A stretch of 64,000 nt of DNA, taken from NCBI RefSeq assembly GCF_964204645.1, contig NC_134026.1:4363950-4427949 (forward strand), read 5' to 3'. This stretch comes from Tubulanus polymorphus. Lineage: Eukaryota; Animalia; Nemertea. A program made the position numbers and the translations under genes. The notes under the pieces are model-generated. The model did not search any database, had not been told where the DNA came from, and worked only from the letters and a program-made list of their open reading frames with translations. Position 1 is the stretch's first letter. Each line of letters begins with the position of its first letter. Below are positions 28,728 through 42,015 of the stretch, piece by piece.

Positions 28728-31700
28728 TACCGCCACTGCTGATTTTAAATAAATTCCTACTCTTCATCCGAGTAGGGTTTTATACAAATAATCTGTATAA
28801 AATTCTGCTTGGATGAAGAGTAGGTCGATGATTTGTTTTAAGATTCAATTTTAAAAGAATTTTATCATTTTTTAGATGATGATAATTGTAAATAAGTATT
28901 GACTTGTTAGACTGCTATTTGTATGTTTAATGTATTGAGTCCAAAACGAGAATTCCAGGATCCACTTTCGCTTTCCCAGGTTGATTTTTGAAAATAAACT
29001 TCAAACGTCTAATTCAATTCTCAGAATAGACCCACTATGGAACTGGATACAGATTTTTATCATGGCAACTACGTGTTTAGAAAGATAGAATTTTTCATTC
29101 ATATAATGTATAAACAAAAGGACATATAACAGAATTTAAATATAACAATTAAACAGTCGTTTGTGTTGATGATGTTTGGTATACCTCGCAGTCTAACTCG
29201 GTGATGGCCAACTCGAGCTTTCTTGTAAAAAGAACTCAAAAACTTAACATCTTCGGCTGAAACTATCGTGGGACTTCTTTCGTAATCGCTGCGAATTACT
29301 TTCGGGGAAATCCAAAATCTGAATCAAACTGCACGTCTTGGTCCCCGCCACTCCACTCCCCAAGTACGATGACTCGCTAGATTCCGGATACATCCTCGCC
29401 TGCCAGGGCTCGGTTGCCTCCTCTGTAGTTCACTACACCAGTCAGTTCTCTAAATAAGAGTTCGTCCATATTTTAGAATATAGGCATCAAGACTACTCAG
29501 TGTAAGTAATTACTGGGTTCGACCCGGGACACCTACCCTGTACATCCTTTATTCAGCCCCAGGAGCACTCGGAATCAGTGTCAGAAATTACTGGGTTCGA
29601 ATATCGGACTCCCAACATTAGACACACATTCTTCTTTCTTCCGCACCTGGGTGTTAATAGAATATTCCGGTAGATGGCTCTCATGCTTATTCTCTACTTA
29701 ACGTTATGTTTGACAATTGTAAATACTTCTTGATGTCCCTCAATCTCTCGTTTTGGTGATGAGTGTAAATAAATTTCATTTCAATTTCAATTTCATTGTA
29801 CCGGTATAAACAATCCATGGCTTACCCTAACAAACACTTTGTACGTCCATCAGCATCAGGGTCACTCTGAGTTCGAGTCAGTTACTTACAGCTACTACTG
29901 TACTTTCGAGAAAGCCATAACTCGAGGAAGAAGATCTCGCCGTGGACTTACACCCGCTACGACGAGTTGGCGACATCGATACCCTTTACATAAATATTAG
30001 AATGTTATTTTATGAAGAAGATTCCGACGATTCTTCACATGTGTATATCGCAAATATTCCAAAATTGGTGGGATCGACAATGGTCAAAGCGAAGTATTTA
30101 TTACTGGTCTCAATGTTGTATCCGGAAATTTTCTGCGGAGTTCAAATATCAATCAATATTGACATTTCCATTAAATTTTTCAGAAGGCTATTTCGTTTCA
30201 ATCGGAATAATCATTCTACTTAATTAAAACGGCACGAACGAGACGATACACGACTGATAGACAAACGCCGATGGCGGAACGCGTAGATCAACAGGGCCGT
30301 TCAATAGCAGATCAATTCGATTTATAGAATTTCTTAAACATCCGATATTGTAGTATCGATAATATACATAAACGATAAGGGGAAAGATCACTAAAATTGA
30401 ATGGCAAGAACAGGGAGAAATGTTCCGTAAAAATGAATATCTCGGACATATTTATATACACACAGCGTGTAATTGAACGTAATGAAAAGCACGTAGTAAC
30501 CCTTCATGTCAATATCGTCTGCATTTATGAAGAGTGGAGACTTTTATCATTCGTAAATTGGATGCTAGGTGCACGCGGGATTCAATTTACCGAGGGGTGA
30601 TCGATACTTTTTTTCCGGAGACTCGACTTTCTTCTGCCTCCGACAGGGATCGGCATTTACATTTAGATTGGGGCTTTCTAACGCATCGAAACTGACACCA
30701 ACTTCCCGTCTATGTCAGCAAAATTATCCCCCCCGTACACGGCGAAGTCGGTGACAGATGCCGGCATTAGAAAGGTTTTACGCTCCGTTTATTCCGTGCC
30801 GGTGGAATTAGAAAACGCCGGTCAACACAAGAAATCGTACGTCGCAAGGAATACCAACGGAGAGCAACCAGGAAACGATTCCATGTATTTTCCGGCAGCG
30901 GTCTACGTGTTCTGACTGCTACTAATAACAAGTGGGCGACGCAAATGAGCTCGAAGTGGAAAGTTGGCCTAATCGGCACATAATGAAATTAGCCACTGAA
31001 TTCGTTTTTGTCCGTCTTACGTATACGGTTAATGGGGTGACTGGAATATCGGTAATCTCTAGGTTACCTCGTCGATTATCCCAAACCTCCGGTCGATAAC
31101 CCAGAGCGGTTTTTGCAGTAAGAAAAGAATTTACTCGGATTTCTAAGCCAACTGCTCGTTGCGTATATACATCTCCTGTCTGCTCGTTTTGCATGTAACA
31201 CACATAACGAGCATTGAACAATTTATTTTGAATCAATCACTCCGCATCCTAAAAGCTAACGTTGCATAATATTCGACTCTGTTAATCTTCTGAACGTCTT
31301 AAATGATTCCAATGATTTCTAGACCCACTAAAACTAACTTAAGATGTAAATAGACGAGCGATTGTTATCAAATCTGTCTACGAGGTGTTAAACAGGGGGG
31401 AAACTAAACCCGCGTATACAACGAACGGATATGCCGAATAGACAGTCGCACCGGTGACACTTTTACAGCGAATTAAGACCTAGGTGTTTAACGTTCAGGA
31501 TTATTTGCAAACTAGATCTGATTTATTCGTAGATTATTCATGATCCTCGCCTGACTTTCGAGCCTCTGCGAACATAACGTATACCCGCAGCGGTAGCGGC
31601 CGGCCGGCGCGAAGATGCATCGGATATTCACAAACTATTAAAACGGCTGCCAATTTCTTCGCCCCGGGTTGGTGATATATGATAAATAGTGGCGCGTTGA

Positions 31701-33534
31701 TACTGTTTAGTATGGATAGGTCCTATCGCGCAATTTTACACTGATCACCGCGTAAGCTCTTATATAAATTGCAGGAATTTTGTCAGATTACACTAGCAAT
31801 GAATATATCCATCATTTACTGGATTCATTGATCGCTGTCACATTCATTTTCTCTTCGTACCCCCGTTCATTTTACCGAGATCCTGGTCGTTTGGTATATC
31901 GTCGCTGATAATTCAATGGGGGTATAGAATTACAAATCTTAACCATTGCTCATCTCCAATAACAAGGCTTTTCTATAATTTGTCTCGGACGTCGTCGTCC
32001 GCATCTAGCCCGTAACACAACACCTATAGCGCAAGTTTTTGATCTTTTGTATTAGACATTACGCTTCCTCGAACGGCAATAGAGACACGGATTACATCAG
32101 TAAGTTTATTGTAATATAACACGTTTTGTCTTTTTTAATATGAATATAAAGTGTGATGTGTAGGCCTAGTAAACAAAGAAGCCCGAGATGATTTTCTTCG
32201 ATGATGTTATTCGTAGCAAATTACAGCACAAAAAAACCATCATACTAGCTAATCGAGATGTACAGGCCCACGTGGTGAACAGGAATAGATGCAGGAACGA
32301 CTGAAATATAATCTAAAGATTCGTTCACTTTACTTTAGTCCGTGCGCCGTATAAATAGCAACCACGTTGAACATATTCTTGTTACATCACGGAGATCACG
32401 TGCTTCGAATATCATTGACAGCAGAGCGCTGATTGAGCGGGAATCATTCGAAATTTCTACCATTTTTCTCGATGACGAGTAGAGAAGCACCCGAAAGATT
32501 TAGATAATATCTTCCCACGTCTTTAGATGTATGTCTGGTTGATGAATTGTCGCTAGTTTGAAAAACAGTAAGAGAATGTGGTTTGGCCGTCAATAGGCAT
32601 ATTATATATCAAATTATCATTAAGATGTGTCAGCAAACCGCGAACTAAGAATGCCTGTTTATAGCCGAATATACTTGACAATCTGATGGTGACAATGATA
32701 GGAGCCTTCTCCGTGTATTTCTACGCGCGAAAAGTAATTGTATCTTCTTAACTAGTATCCGCGTGCAACTTCTGTGTACGACGTGGACAATCAAATTAGT
32801 ACTTATAAAGATTCCATCTCTAATATCGGCAGATGCGGAACTCATAATTAATCGCCGAATATTTGATTACGTTTTCATCGAATACGATTGATTACACGCG
32901 TTGAGATTTCGATCGCCTATTGATTTCTGGTGAACAATCGGAATCCGTGCATGCTATATAGTAGAAAAATGTATCATGTATTATTTGATACCCTGATACT
33001 ATTGCGAGAACAATACACTTAAAGGCGTTACATTTTAAACATTCGCGAGAAAATAAAAGGGAATTTCAGTTCGATAATAGAATGCAGTACTGATGGACAA
33101 ATCGAAATTCTGATATATTTCTATCTCTCTGTTTTGATCCAATCGATTCGATCCACTCGGTGATAACATTCGAGCTAGAAAATTGAGGATTTTATATATA
33201 ATTTGGCATGGTCGTTGTAAGTAAGGTCTTTGAATTACTTACAGAGAACTTGGAGTAATCTGTTGAAGTGTTTAATATGAGGTATTATCCGACGTATAGT
33301 TTAAGTTCGGACACACACAAACAAACCGTTGTCAATATCGTACGCGCGTTGTCAATATAGTTCTATTATAAATAGGGATAGTTTGTCGGTTTTGCTCCAT
33401 CGGGTCATCCCGCGTCCAGACAATCTAGACTTGGTGACTGCACGATCGGAACTAGCGATACAGATATATCGATAAAACGATATCAATGTTTGCTGCATTA
33501 TTTTTTCATCGCTATGAAGTATGTTGGTGGATAT

Positions 33535-33570
33535 TGGGGACTCGAACCCACGCGACGATCTCGCTCCCAC
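33535..33570 (-). mobile_element. tRNA-like fragment (T-arm/B-box), probable SINE or tRNA pseudogene remnant
   Basis: The minus strand reads gggagcgagatcgtcgcgtgggttcgagtccccaa; no complete tRNA structure is evident. Confidence 0.3.
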
Positions 33571-34890
33571 TTTTCTCCTTAAACCTGCAACAGTTTGAAT
33601 ATTACTTTATATATTCTATGCTTTGTAAGGACATTTTTTCCGACAATATTCCCTCCGAAGAGCTCACATAATCGCATATAAAGTAGGCCTATACATCCTT
33701 TCAGAGAACAAGGATGAGGCTTTATCGTATTACTCGTGCTTTATATCCTTCTGCGATGCTTTCCAGTTACGCGTTTATCGTAGGTTCTGCATTAGAAATC
33801 CGACTCCGGCTAAAGCCGGGCTATCAAGGATTACGCTCTTGTGTCTCTGTTTGGCAAATATACACAGATTACGGTGGCAGGTGAACAAGAAATCCTGTTG
33901 AATTCTACGCAGCAAACCAAAATGCCTCATCGATTTCCAAACCCAGTATTTTCTTTAGGAACTGCGGGGTACATGTTATCGATAAACGGTCAAAACGTCT
34001 GATGCCGTAATCTAAACATTCAGGGGCCATTTGGTCGATATCCAACTAGTCAGCGATATCAACCATAAGAACTGCTTGGATTTCTATTTGTTGCATAGTG
34101 GGCCATATCTATCTTAAGCGCGTGATTTTCTTAATTTCCCCGTTTTGCTTTAGTTTGTGTTGCCCGTTGAGTATACCTATATGAAGATCTTTCGACCGGG
34201 TCCTGGAGCAGTATTGGGTTCAATTTCGCGGGATGAAATGTATTCTAATTGTTTTTCTTGGACAGAACGATCCGTGTTATGGATTTCACTCAAGCGTCGA
34301 TATAGCAGACGCTGACACCGTCTACATGTTGATCGAGTAAACATTCCTAATATACCCCTCCGGTATTCGGAACCGGCAAAATAAATGTTACGATTGTGCG
34401 GATCTTTGCTCTGTTCAGACCTTCGGGTCTTGATCAAACTGTCGGTTGTGTACGCGACAATGTCGTGTTTCAACAGCAGCGTTAGTTTGAAGATGGAAAG
34501 TGAAAACCATTGCGGTGATAATCTCCGAGATTCGAATATTATGTATAGATAATTCATATCAAAATCCAACGTTAACACTATTACGTCCATGACAACGTGA
34601 CACAAACCAGAGCCGGATACCAAGTCGGTAATACCGTCGTTTAAGCCTGCAGTGAATTGACATGTAGTTAGTATAGGTTTTTTGTCATCGGATGATACAA
34701 GAAACAGCGAAGGGTTTTGGAAAAAATTTTGAAATTAGATCTACGTATATACGAATGACAGACGTAAGGCAATATAAACGACAGATTAGAGAATTGGATA
34801 GCTGTTTTATGAGTTACGACGACAATGACTATCCAATTACTAAAACGGAATAAAAAGACGGCTGGACGAAATGTTTGTTAAACGTATTGC

Positions 34891-34896
34891 TTTATT
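34891..34896 (-). terminator. Candidate polyadenylation signal of the 5-HT7-like gene
   Basis: AATAAA on the minus strand preceded by tttgtaaa and followed by T-rich sequence; would give a ~4.6 kb AT-rich 3' UTR. Other AATAAA sites exist, so the choice is uncertain. Confidence 0.3.
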
Positions 34897-37344
34897 TTTA
34901 CAAAATATATAGAAAGCAATGTATTTCATACACTATTGCATATTACTTTATAATATAACCACTGATTACATAATAACAAGCTTTCTAAAACAAAACAAGG
35001 ATAAAAAGTCTGTCAGCTTAGCTGTCAGGCATCAATGTTCATAATAAAACTAATTCAGGAACTTTTCGAGTGCGAAAGAATTTGCTAAGATTTCCATTAC
35101 ACGCATGTGTCAAGGGGAGGGGAGCAAAACGTCCTGCACAACATCATTAATACGTGAAGCGCGCAATGTTGGTTTATCCCAGTTGTTACGCCTAACTGGC
35201 CTTGAAAATGTTGCATGAAATATTTCGAGTTACCGCATTCGCGGCTAATATCTGGATCAGCAACTATAACTGAACCTTTCCGTAGAATAGTGCCGGGTAT
35301 AACCCCCCTTTTATAAGCATCAACATCAATATACATTGATTTATACATTTCCAAACATTCCATGTTAAATATCACCTCGGTTTGAACGATGCTTCTTTGC
35401 AATGTTCAGACGTCAATGAGACGCAGTTCAAACCATTTTGGATTTTCCATATGGACACAAATTGTTAACCTTTTAGCACTTCGTTATCCAATCACACGCT
35501 GTCGAAGAGGTAAAATAAATATGGAGAGAAAATTATGAAGTTTAAAGTAAGGATATAAAATGCCAATCAGCGGAATGACTGAAATGACTTGATTTTGACT
35601 TTTGACGAGATCAGAGAAGGTCGCACCATAAAGATTATCTTACCAAACAGGAATGATTTTCTATCAATTGGAATGATGCAAAATCACTGGGATGGTCGAT
35701 TTTATACAAACAAAATATTCTAGATAATTCATCCCTTCAAAATTTGAATATCAAGGATTATGTAAAGGCTAATGCAGCATTTGACTCACAAGTGGTGAAA
35801 GGATGCTCTGCAGGCACAAATTGAAAATTCTTTAAGCAGCCATGCGTGTAATGGAAAATTTTCCGGAATAAATGGATTCGATTGTTGAGCAATATGATAA
35901 CAAGTGCAACCGGGCAGGTTCGGACATAAATAGTAGCGCAGAAAGAAAATGTTCGGGCGGCTAAACGATTTGCTAACATATATGAACTCGTTAAATGTAT
36001 TGAGCTATTTACTAACACGAATTCAAGTAAATACGACGATGTTTTATATAGATAAAATAAATATACGCGGGTGACAAGTTTCTTATGGTTATGAAAGGTC
36101 GGGGTAGATTTGTAATCAACATTTTCGTTTACATTGAACAATGAAATAAATATCGCTGGTCAGCTCTCGCAGTCAGACGTGCGAACGGAAGTTTTGTTAT
36201 CTATGCGTAACAATTTTCTAAAAACGCCTATTATACTTTACGAAGAAACGACTCTACACGAAGGTCTATCGAGTCTATCTATAACCGGTATGCACTGATT
36301 TTTTTTGTGTAGAATTTGGCACTCTAAAAACTTTACGAAACTACGCGTGTATAACAGCGGTGTGTTCAACCGACAGTTGAAGAAACAGTACCAACCGACA
36401 ACGGTAGCTGAAAATAATTCATTCACGATCGTTGTTCGAGCTGGCATACGTAACTTGAAGAACTGTACTAAAAAAATAAAATGGTAAACAAACGTTAAGG
36501 GTCCTTACGTAAAAAATAAATCTATTTTCTAAATATTCCTGGTTGAAGCCCGTATAACATATATAAATGAATGGACGACTGGATAATAACGATGAACTTG
36601 GCACAAGTGGATAGCTAGCCACGTTTAAAATTCGTAAAATGAATTGTCGTAGGTCATAATAAACTTAAAACATATACTATGATTTACTAAAATAACATGG
36701 TACATTTCGAATGGTGCGTATTTAGTGTTGTACATCGTTTGAAATCTGGACAGAAACTGTAAATTCTACGTGTTAGCACGCACCGAATGTTTCGCATGCT
36801 TACTTTATCTTTGACGAAGTCTTGTAAAGAATGAAATTAACGCTCAGAATTTAGAAGGCTATCGAATAAAAGGGCTGATGCTCGAAGCGTATTTTAACCA
36901 GGCCATTTAAGTTTCTTTGTGTTATTTTTCTACTCTCTACAGGATAATGTGGATACTGTAAGAAAATGAATAATGACGATGATGCGATGTATGTTGCTTT
37001 AACGATGTTAAAGGAATGTTTCAAGGACAGGGTATCTCTACAGTTACGCAATGTTCCACTATATTGCGAATCCATTCCCGTTTTACTACGGCTACTAATG
37101 ACGCCCTTTAAAATGATAGGAATCCATTTATTCCGCGTCAGGAATTTGATCAATTGAACACTAAAAATACCCAGTAAATGTACTGCAACGCAATAAAACG
37201 CTTAATCAATTAATTAACAAATAACGTAGTAATTAATTTAACACGCCTAATTCTCGAACCAAAAAACGTCTGCGAACATATATAACTAATGAACATTATG
37301 ACCACTTATTTGGCAGAAACGAAATACGCCTCGAAATACAATTC

Positions 37345-37371
37345 GATATAGATATATATTTATATATATAA

Positions 37372-37422
<51 letters not shown>
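37345..37422. repeat. (TA)n microsatellite
   Basis: Seen directly. Confidence 0.9.
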
Positions 37423-37423
<1 letters not shown>

Positions 37424-39524
37424 CTCTATATTCATATTTATATATTATGACTGTTTTCCCTGACTCAGGTATTTTTCTCGATATTTATTCAAAACATCGT
37501 CCTTGAAAAAGACTCTCCTATAGTAACACGAATAATTAACAGCACATATTTATACATTTAATTAACATTACGTACAACAGTATTTTTGGACAGACTAAAT
37601 TATCATGCCTTGTGTTTTAATTTTCGTTCGGTATAGACGCAGTCTCATTGCCTACACGGGGAATATTATATTTACAATGAAAAGGGCCTCCCCTCGCTAG
37701 GAGCGCCCGCGTCGTTTTAAGAATCCGTTTCGTTGTTCGACTCGTTGTAGAATCAGAATTCGACCAAAATAAGTCATCCGGATATGATTGTCAAAATTTA
37801 CTTTGTTTAGTTGAACGTCAATAGTCTTTGTGCATTTTTTCTTCGGGTGTCGTCTTCAAGGATGATTCGTTGTGTGACTTCATCAAGATTATTGTCTTTG
37901 CACGCCCTCACGCATTCCATTTTATGATAAACATTTGATAGTTTTTTCCTGTACACACGTTCACATAACTATTTACAAAAACTATACACTATTAACATTT
38001 ACACCTTTCGTCATATATCTTTTCTGTACAGTGAATTAATTCAGAGTTAATTAATCGATAATTAATTGTAATTTACATTGGATTGTTTGATAAGAATCAT
38101 GTGCAAACGCTAATTATAACACATTTTTATCTTATAGCACACAGGATTGTTCACGCTCATGTATATCATCCATACATTTTATTTTGTTTTTTTCCTAGGA
38201 AACATGCAGGAGTCATTTTAGCACCACTTGATTCGTACAAATCGCACCAATGACACACATAACGGCAAAGTCACAGACAAAGTAAAACAAGCACGCAAGC
38301 TAATAATGGGATATATTTTTCACTGTTTAGGACCGTGAAACGGACAATTTTATGCGTTCGATATTAACGAAAACCACCGTTACAATATCAAAAAACTTAA
38401 AACAAAATATAACGTGACCGTATAGTCAGAGCGATAGCGCACGATGTTGCGAGGGTTGGGTGTAAATTTGGACGTAGCAGAAACAGATTCTAGTTACGCG
38501 TGTAGTTGAGTTTTTATCGGATATCAGTCCGATGTGGGCCAGCGAGCTGTTATGAAATTAATATTCAATATCGAAGAAATAAGAACCGATAGCGATGCAT
38601 AGGCCGTCCATAAACATATGACATGAATATAATATTTTTTTTCATATGTTCCCCCAGGATACACGTATATGTACAATATCATTAAACATGTTTTTATTAT
38701 AACACGTTGGCCTAGTAAACAGTGGTACAACCCACTTGCCTTCCTTTCATGGCGACTATACTTGAGAGTCGAGTTGTGCAAATAACTAGCGATATGTATT
38801 CCAATGAAACGTTCTTTTTTCATCGTGGAAAGGCTTTCAAACCAAAGATATCGGCTGGCATGCAATGGGCCATCCCGAAATAAGTAGCTGTTCATATGTC
38901 TCGATGTAAAAGATAGGCCTCCTTCGATAACGCTAATAGAAAATATAAACGAAAAATGCATTCGGTGACATCACAAATAAGCATTCAATGTTAAGTATTT
39001 CGAAATGATTTAAAACTCTGAGATAGAGAAACGAACCGATTCGAATGAAGCCGCGTTGAAAATGGCCCAATCGAAATCGTCTCATTTACAGTGATATCGA
39101 TATCGTCACGACGCTTGGTGCGTTTTAAATACATCGTTGCATAAACGAAATAGAAGAAAACAATTAAACTATAGCGAAACCCTATGATTATGCTAATCTG
39201 AATAGTAGAGTTGGCTCACATTGGATTAGCTCATTATGATAGAGCGCACAAAATAATAAGTATTTAAAACAGGTAGAATAAGTATCCATAATGGCTGGGT
39301 GGACATTCCTTTAGGTTTTCCATATACATATATCCATATATCCATGTATATGATTACATATATGATAATATATAAGTATATGAATGAATTGGCACAGATG
39401 AACAATTATTTACAAGCCCTTGTTACGATGGGCATATCGGATCACAACTATGAGCTAGGCAGGAATAAAGCAATAATCGATTGATTTTGATGATGGTTTT
39501 TAGATTAATTGGCTTCTTTCACTG

Positions 39525-41039
39525 CTATACAGTTTCTTCGGTAGCAGTCTGAGGAGTACCGTTACCTAGATGGACTGAAGTCTCTCCTTGGTTATTGCAA
39601 CGCACGACGGACTCGGCAGTGCGGTAATTGTCCCGATTAGCGCTCTCGCGTCTGCCAACCCCCAAGCTGTCTCTTCGTAAACTGTCTCTAAGATGGACCG
39701 GGATACCGTATTGTTCGGCATAGCTTTCCGTGCGCAACCGGCTATTAATACTTTTGCATCTGAATAAGAGGATTTCTTTGAACGGTGTTCGGAATTCTCG
39801 ATTGAATTTAGCATAAATGATTGGGTTCATTAACGAATTGAGGTAACCTAACCACAGTAATAAACTTGTGACCCACGGCGGAATCTCCAACCTCAACGTT
39901 CCCGCGAAAGGTCTTATAATTGCTAGTATAAAAAACGGAAGCCAACACGCTATGAAACAACCCATAATTACTCCGAGCGTTTTAATCGCTTTTGAATCGG
40001 ATGATTTGTTTGATCGACCAAGACCTTTGAACCCAATTTTACGTCTCGATCGCGGTAGCATTTCGATTCTGCTCTCATCGTTCGAGTCCCTGGAGGCGCG
40101 CTTCGCCGAACCGTTTGGGCAGTTGTGGTTTTCTTCTTTCGTGTCCGACGCCTCGCTACTTCGTTTGAATATGTTTAATCTCAATCCGGAACTGCCGCCA
40201 CCGGACGACGAACGCGTGTCATTAACAGGTGGAGGTGCACTAGGGGTATGATCACTGAAACCCCGTGGGTTCGATTTATTTTCAGCTTGGGCTAATCGAG
40301 CTGATATCCTGAATATCCTATAATAAACCACTATCATGACACTTAATGGTATGTAAAAGGCACCTAATGTTGCATAAACTTGATAGCCGATCTCTTGGCT
40401 TACGTTACATTCGTTCGGCCTGTACTCTTGCTTCCAACCAAAAAGTGGAGGGATGCTTATCAACGCCGACATACCCCACACTATTGTGATCATCATCGCC
40501 ATGAGTTTTGGAGTTCTTTTTATAGCGTACTGCAGCGGCCGCGTTATCACGAAATATCGGTCTATACTGATCATACATAAATTCAATATGGAAGCTGTAC
40601 ACAGCAATACGTCCAACGAAACCCAGAAATCGCACACAACCTCACCCAACGTCCAATAACCTTTCATTATTTCCATCATCGCAGCAAACGGCATCACGAA
40701 TACCCCGACTGACATGTCGGCTAAGGCTAACGATACGATCAGTAGATTCGACGGTGTCCGTAGTTTCCGTACTAACGCGACGGCCAACACGACGAGAATG
40801 TTTCCGACAACTGTGCCACCGATTATGCACGACAGGACCAAGCCCGTGAGCGCAGCTTGCCATCCCGTGTACGGTTCCGGACGACTTTCCCCTACTGCCA
40901 GCGTCAGGTTCGTGAAATTGTTGCCGAAGCATTCGGTATCGTTAATAGTACAATTGACTCCGAAAAAAGCTAAATCCGCTGTGGTGCTATCAAATTCATA
41001 ACCAACCGTGGATGTATTCCCGTCATTGATACCTAGCAT
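39525..41039 (-). CDS. HTR7: Serotonin receptor, 5-HT7-like class A GPCR (504 aa, one coding exon)
   Basis: Seven hydrophobic helices; GNILV, SLALAD, amine-binding Asp in SLDVLLCTASILNLC, DRY, KRTP, YQVYATLGAFYIP, CWLPFF, WLGYLNSLMNPIIY; the KLRTPSN and NREFRTPFKEIL..RC motifs recall invertebrate 5-HT7; N-glycosylated N-terminus; ends in EETV. A splice acceptor (tctttttcag) precedes 41068 with the frame open, so the N-terminus may extend into an upstream exon. Confidence 0.9.
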   Translation of the reverse strand: MLGINDGNTSTVGYEFDSTTADLAFFGVNCTINDTECFGNNFTNLTLAVGESRPEPYTGWQAALTGLVLSCIIGGTVVGNILVVLAVALVRKLRTPSNLLIVSLALADMSVGVFVMPFAAMMEIMKGYWTLGEVVCDFWVSLDVLLCTASILNLCMISIDRYFVITRPLQYAIKRTPKLMAMMITIVWGMSALISIPPLFGWKQEYRPNECNVSQEIGYQVYATLGAFYIPLSVMIVVYYRIFRISARLAQAENKSNPRGFSDHTPSAPPPVNDTRSSSGGGSSGLRLNIFKRSSEASDTKEENHNCPNGSAKRASRDSNDESRIEMLPRSRRKIGFKGLGRSNKSSDSKAIKTLGVIMGCFIACWLPFFILAIIRPFAGTLRLEIPPWVTSLLLWLGYLNSLMNPIIYAKFNREFRTPFKEILLFRCKSINSRLRTESYAEQYGIPVHLRDSLRRDSLGVGRRESANRDNYRTAESVVRCNNQGETSVHLGNGTPQTATEETV

Positions 41040-42015
41040 ACTGATATTGGGCTCATTGGTTCTGTATGCTGAAAAAGATAAGAGGATGGTATTTTAGAAT
41101 GACATAAACGAGAGAGGAAGAGAGAGAGAGAGACACGTTGTCCGGGTTAACAAAGGCACGTGTAATGAAATGAAATAAATTCTGAAAGAAAATAATTGCA
41201 CGTAACATGTCAATCGTTAGTCGATAACTAGCTTTTTACGAAAGTGTTCGAATAAGAAGTCATACGTATTTACTAAGAAATGCGGGATATTCCTCTTTGA
41301 TAAACTGAATTTTTTCAGTGCTTCAACAACACCGAAGTTAACAATGCTACTTTACGCAACGACGTTAGTATTTCACTCCTGTTGTAAATGCAAACAAAGC
41401 AAATATACGTTATATCAAATGCGTGGTTAATAGTTCGATGATAAATGCCGGACCATCATCGACAAACGTCGCTGTATTTTCCGCAAATTTGCAGTGCAAT
41501 GCATCATTTCTTTTAACAAATAATTGAACAGCGTTTTGACTGCGATACTCGGAGCGTGGAGCCGCCCGTATCAATCACTCCATATAAAGCTTATTGATAG
41601 CAACTCGACTCGACTCGTTCTAATAACGATACTATTATATACACGTTCTAAAGTAATACACTGATCGTTTCATATTGAGCGTAAATCAAGCATACGATAT
41701 GTATACATTTCGAGCTCTGCATGCGAGGGGTTTTTTTTCTATAGCACGTTTAGCTCGAGCAGCAGCCAGAACAATGTTGGCGGAGATACGAATCGTCGTA
41801 CATAATGTAATGTATCAAATATAATTTATCGACTTATTATATCGGTTTTAACGACCGTTTCAGGTGCGAAGCGTCAATTTTGATGGTAATATGATATAAC
41901 ATTTCTGCTCGGAGCTATCGAACGATATTGAATTTATTTCATCTTTAAACGGTGCATTGACGGAGAAGTGTGTAATAGGTATAACATAGACTACGATTCG
42001 CATTCTTCTCGATAC

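Noticed and set aside
30569-31236. Several overlapping short ORFs in a GC-richer patch
   Set aside because: No recognisable domain or consistent exon chain; could be a UTR or regulatory region but cannot be supported.
34177-34623. 148-aa minus-strand ORF
   Set aside because: Non-ATG start, no motif and no supportable splice structure.
39566-41001. Short ORFs overlapping or antisense to the GPCR
   Set aside because: Shadow ORFs of the real coding frame.
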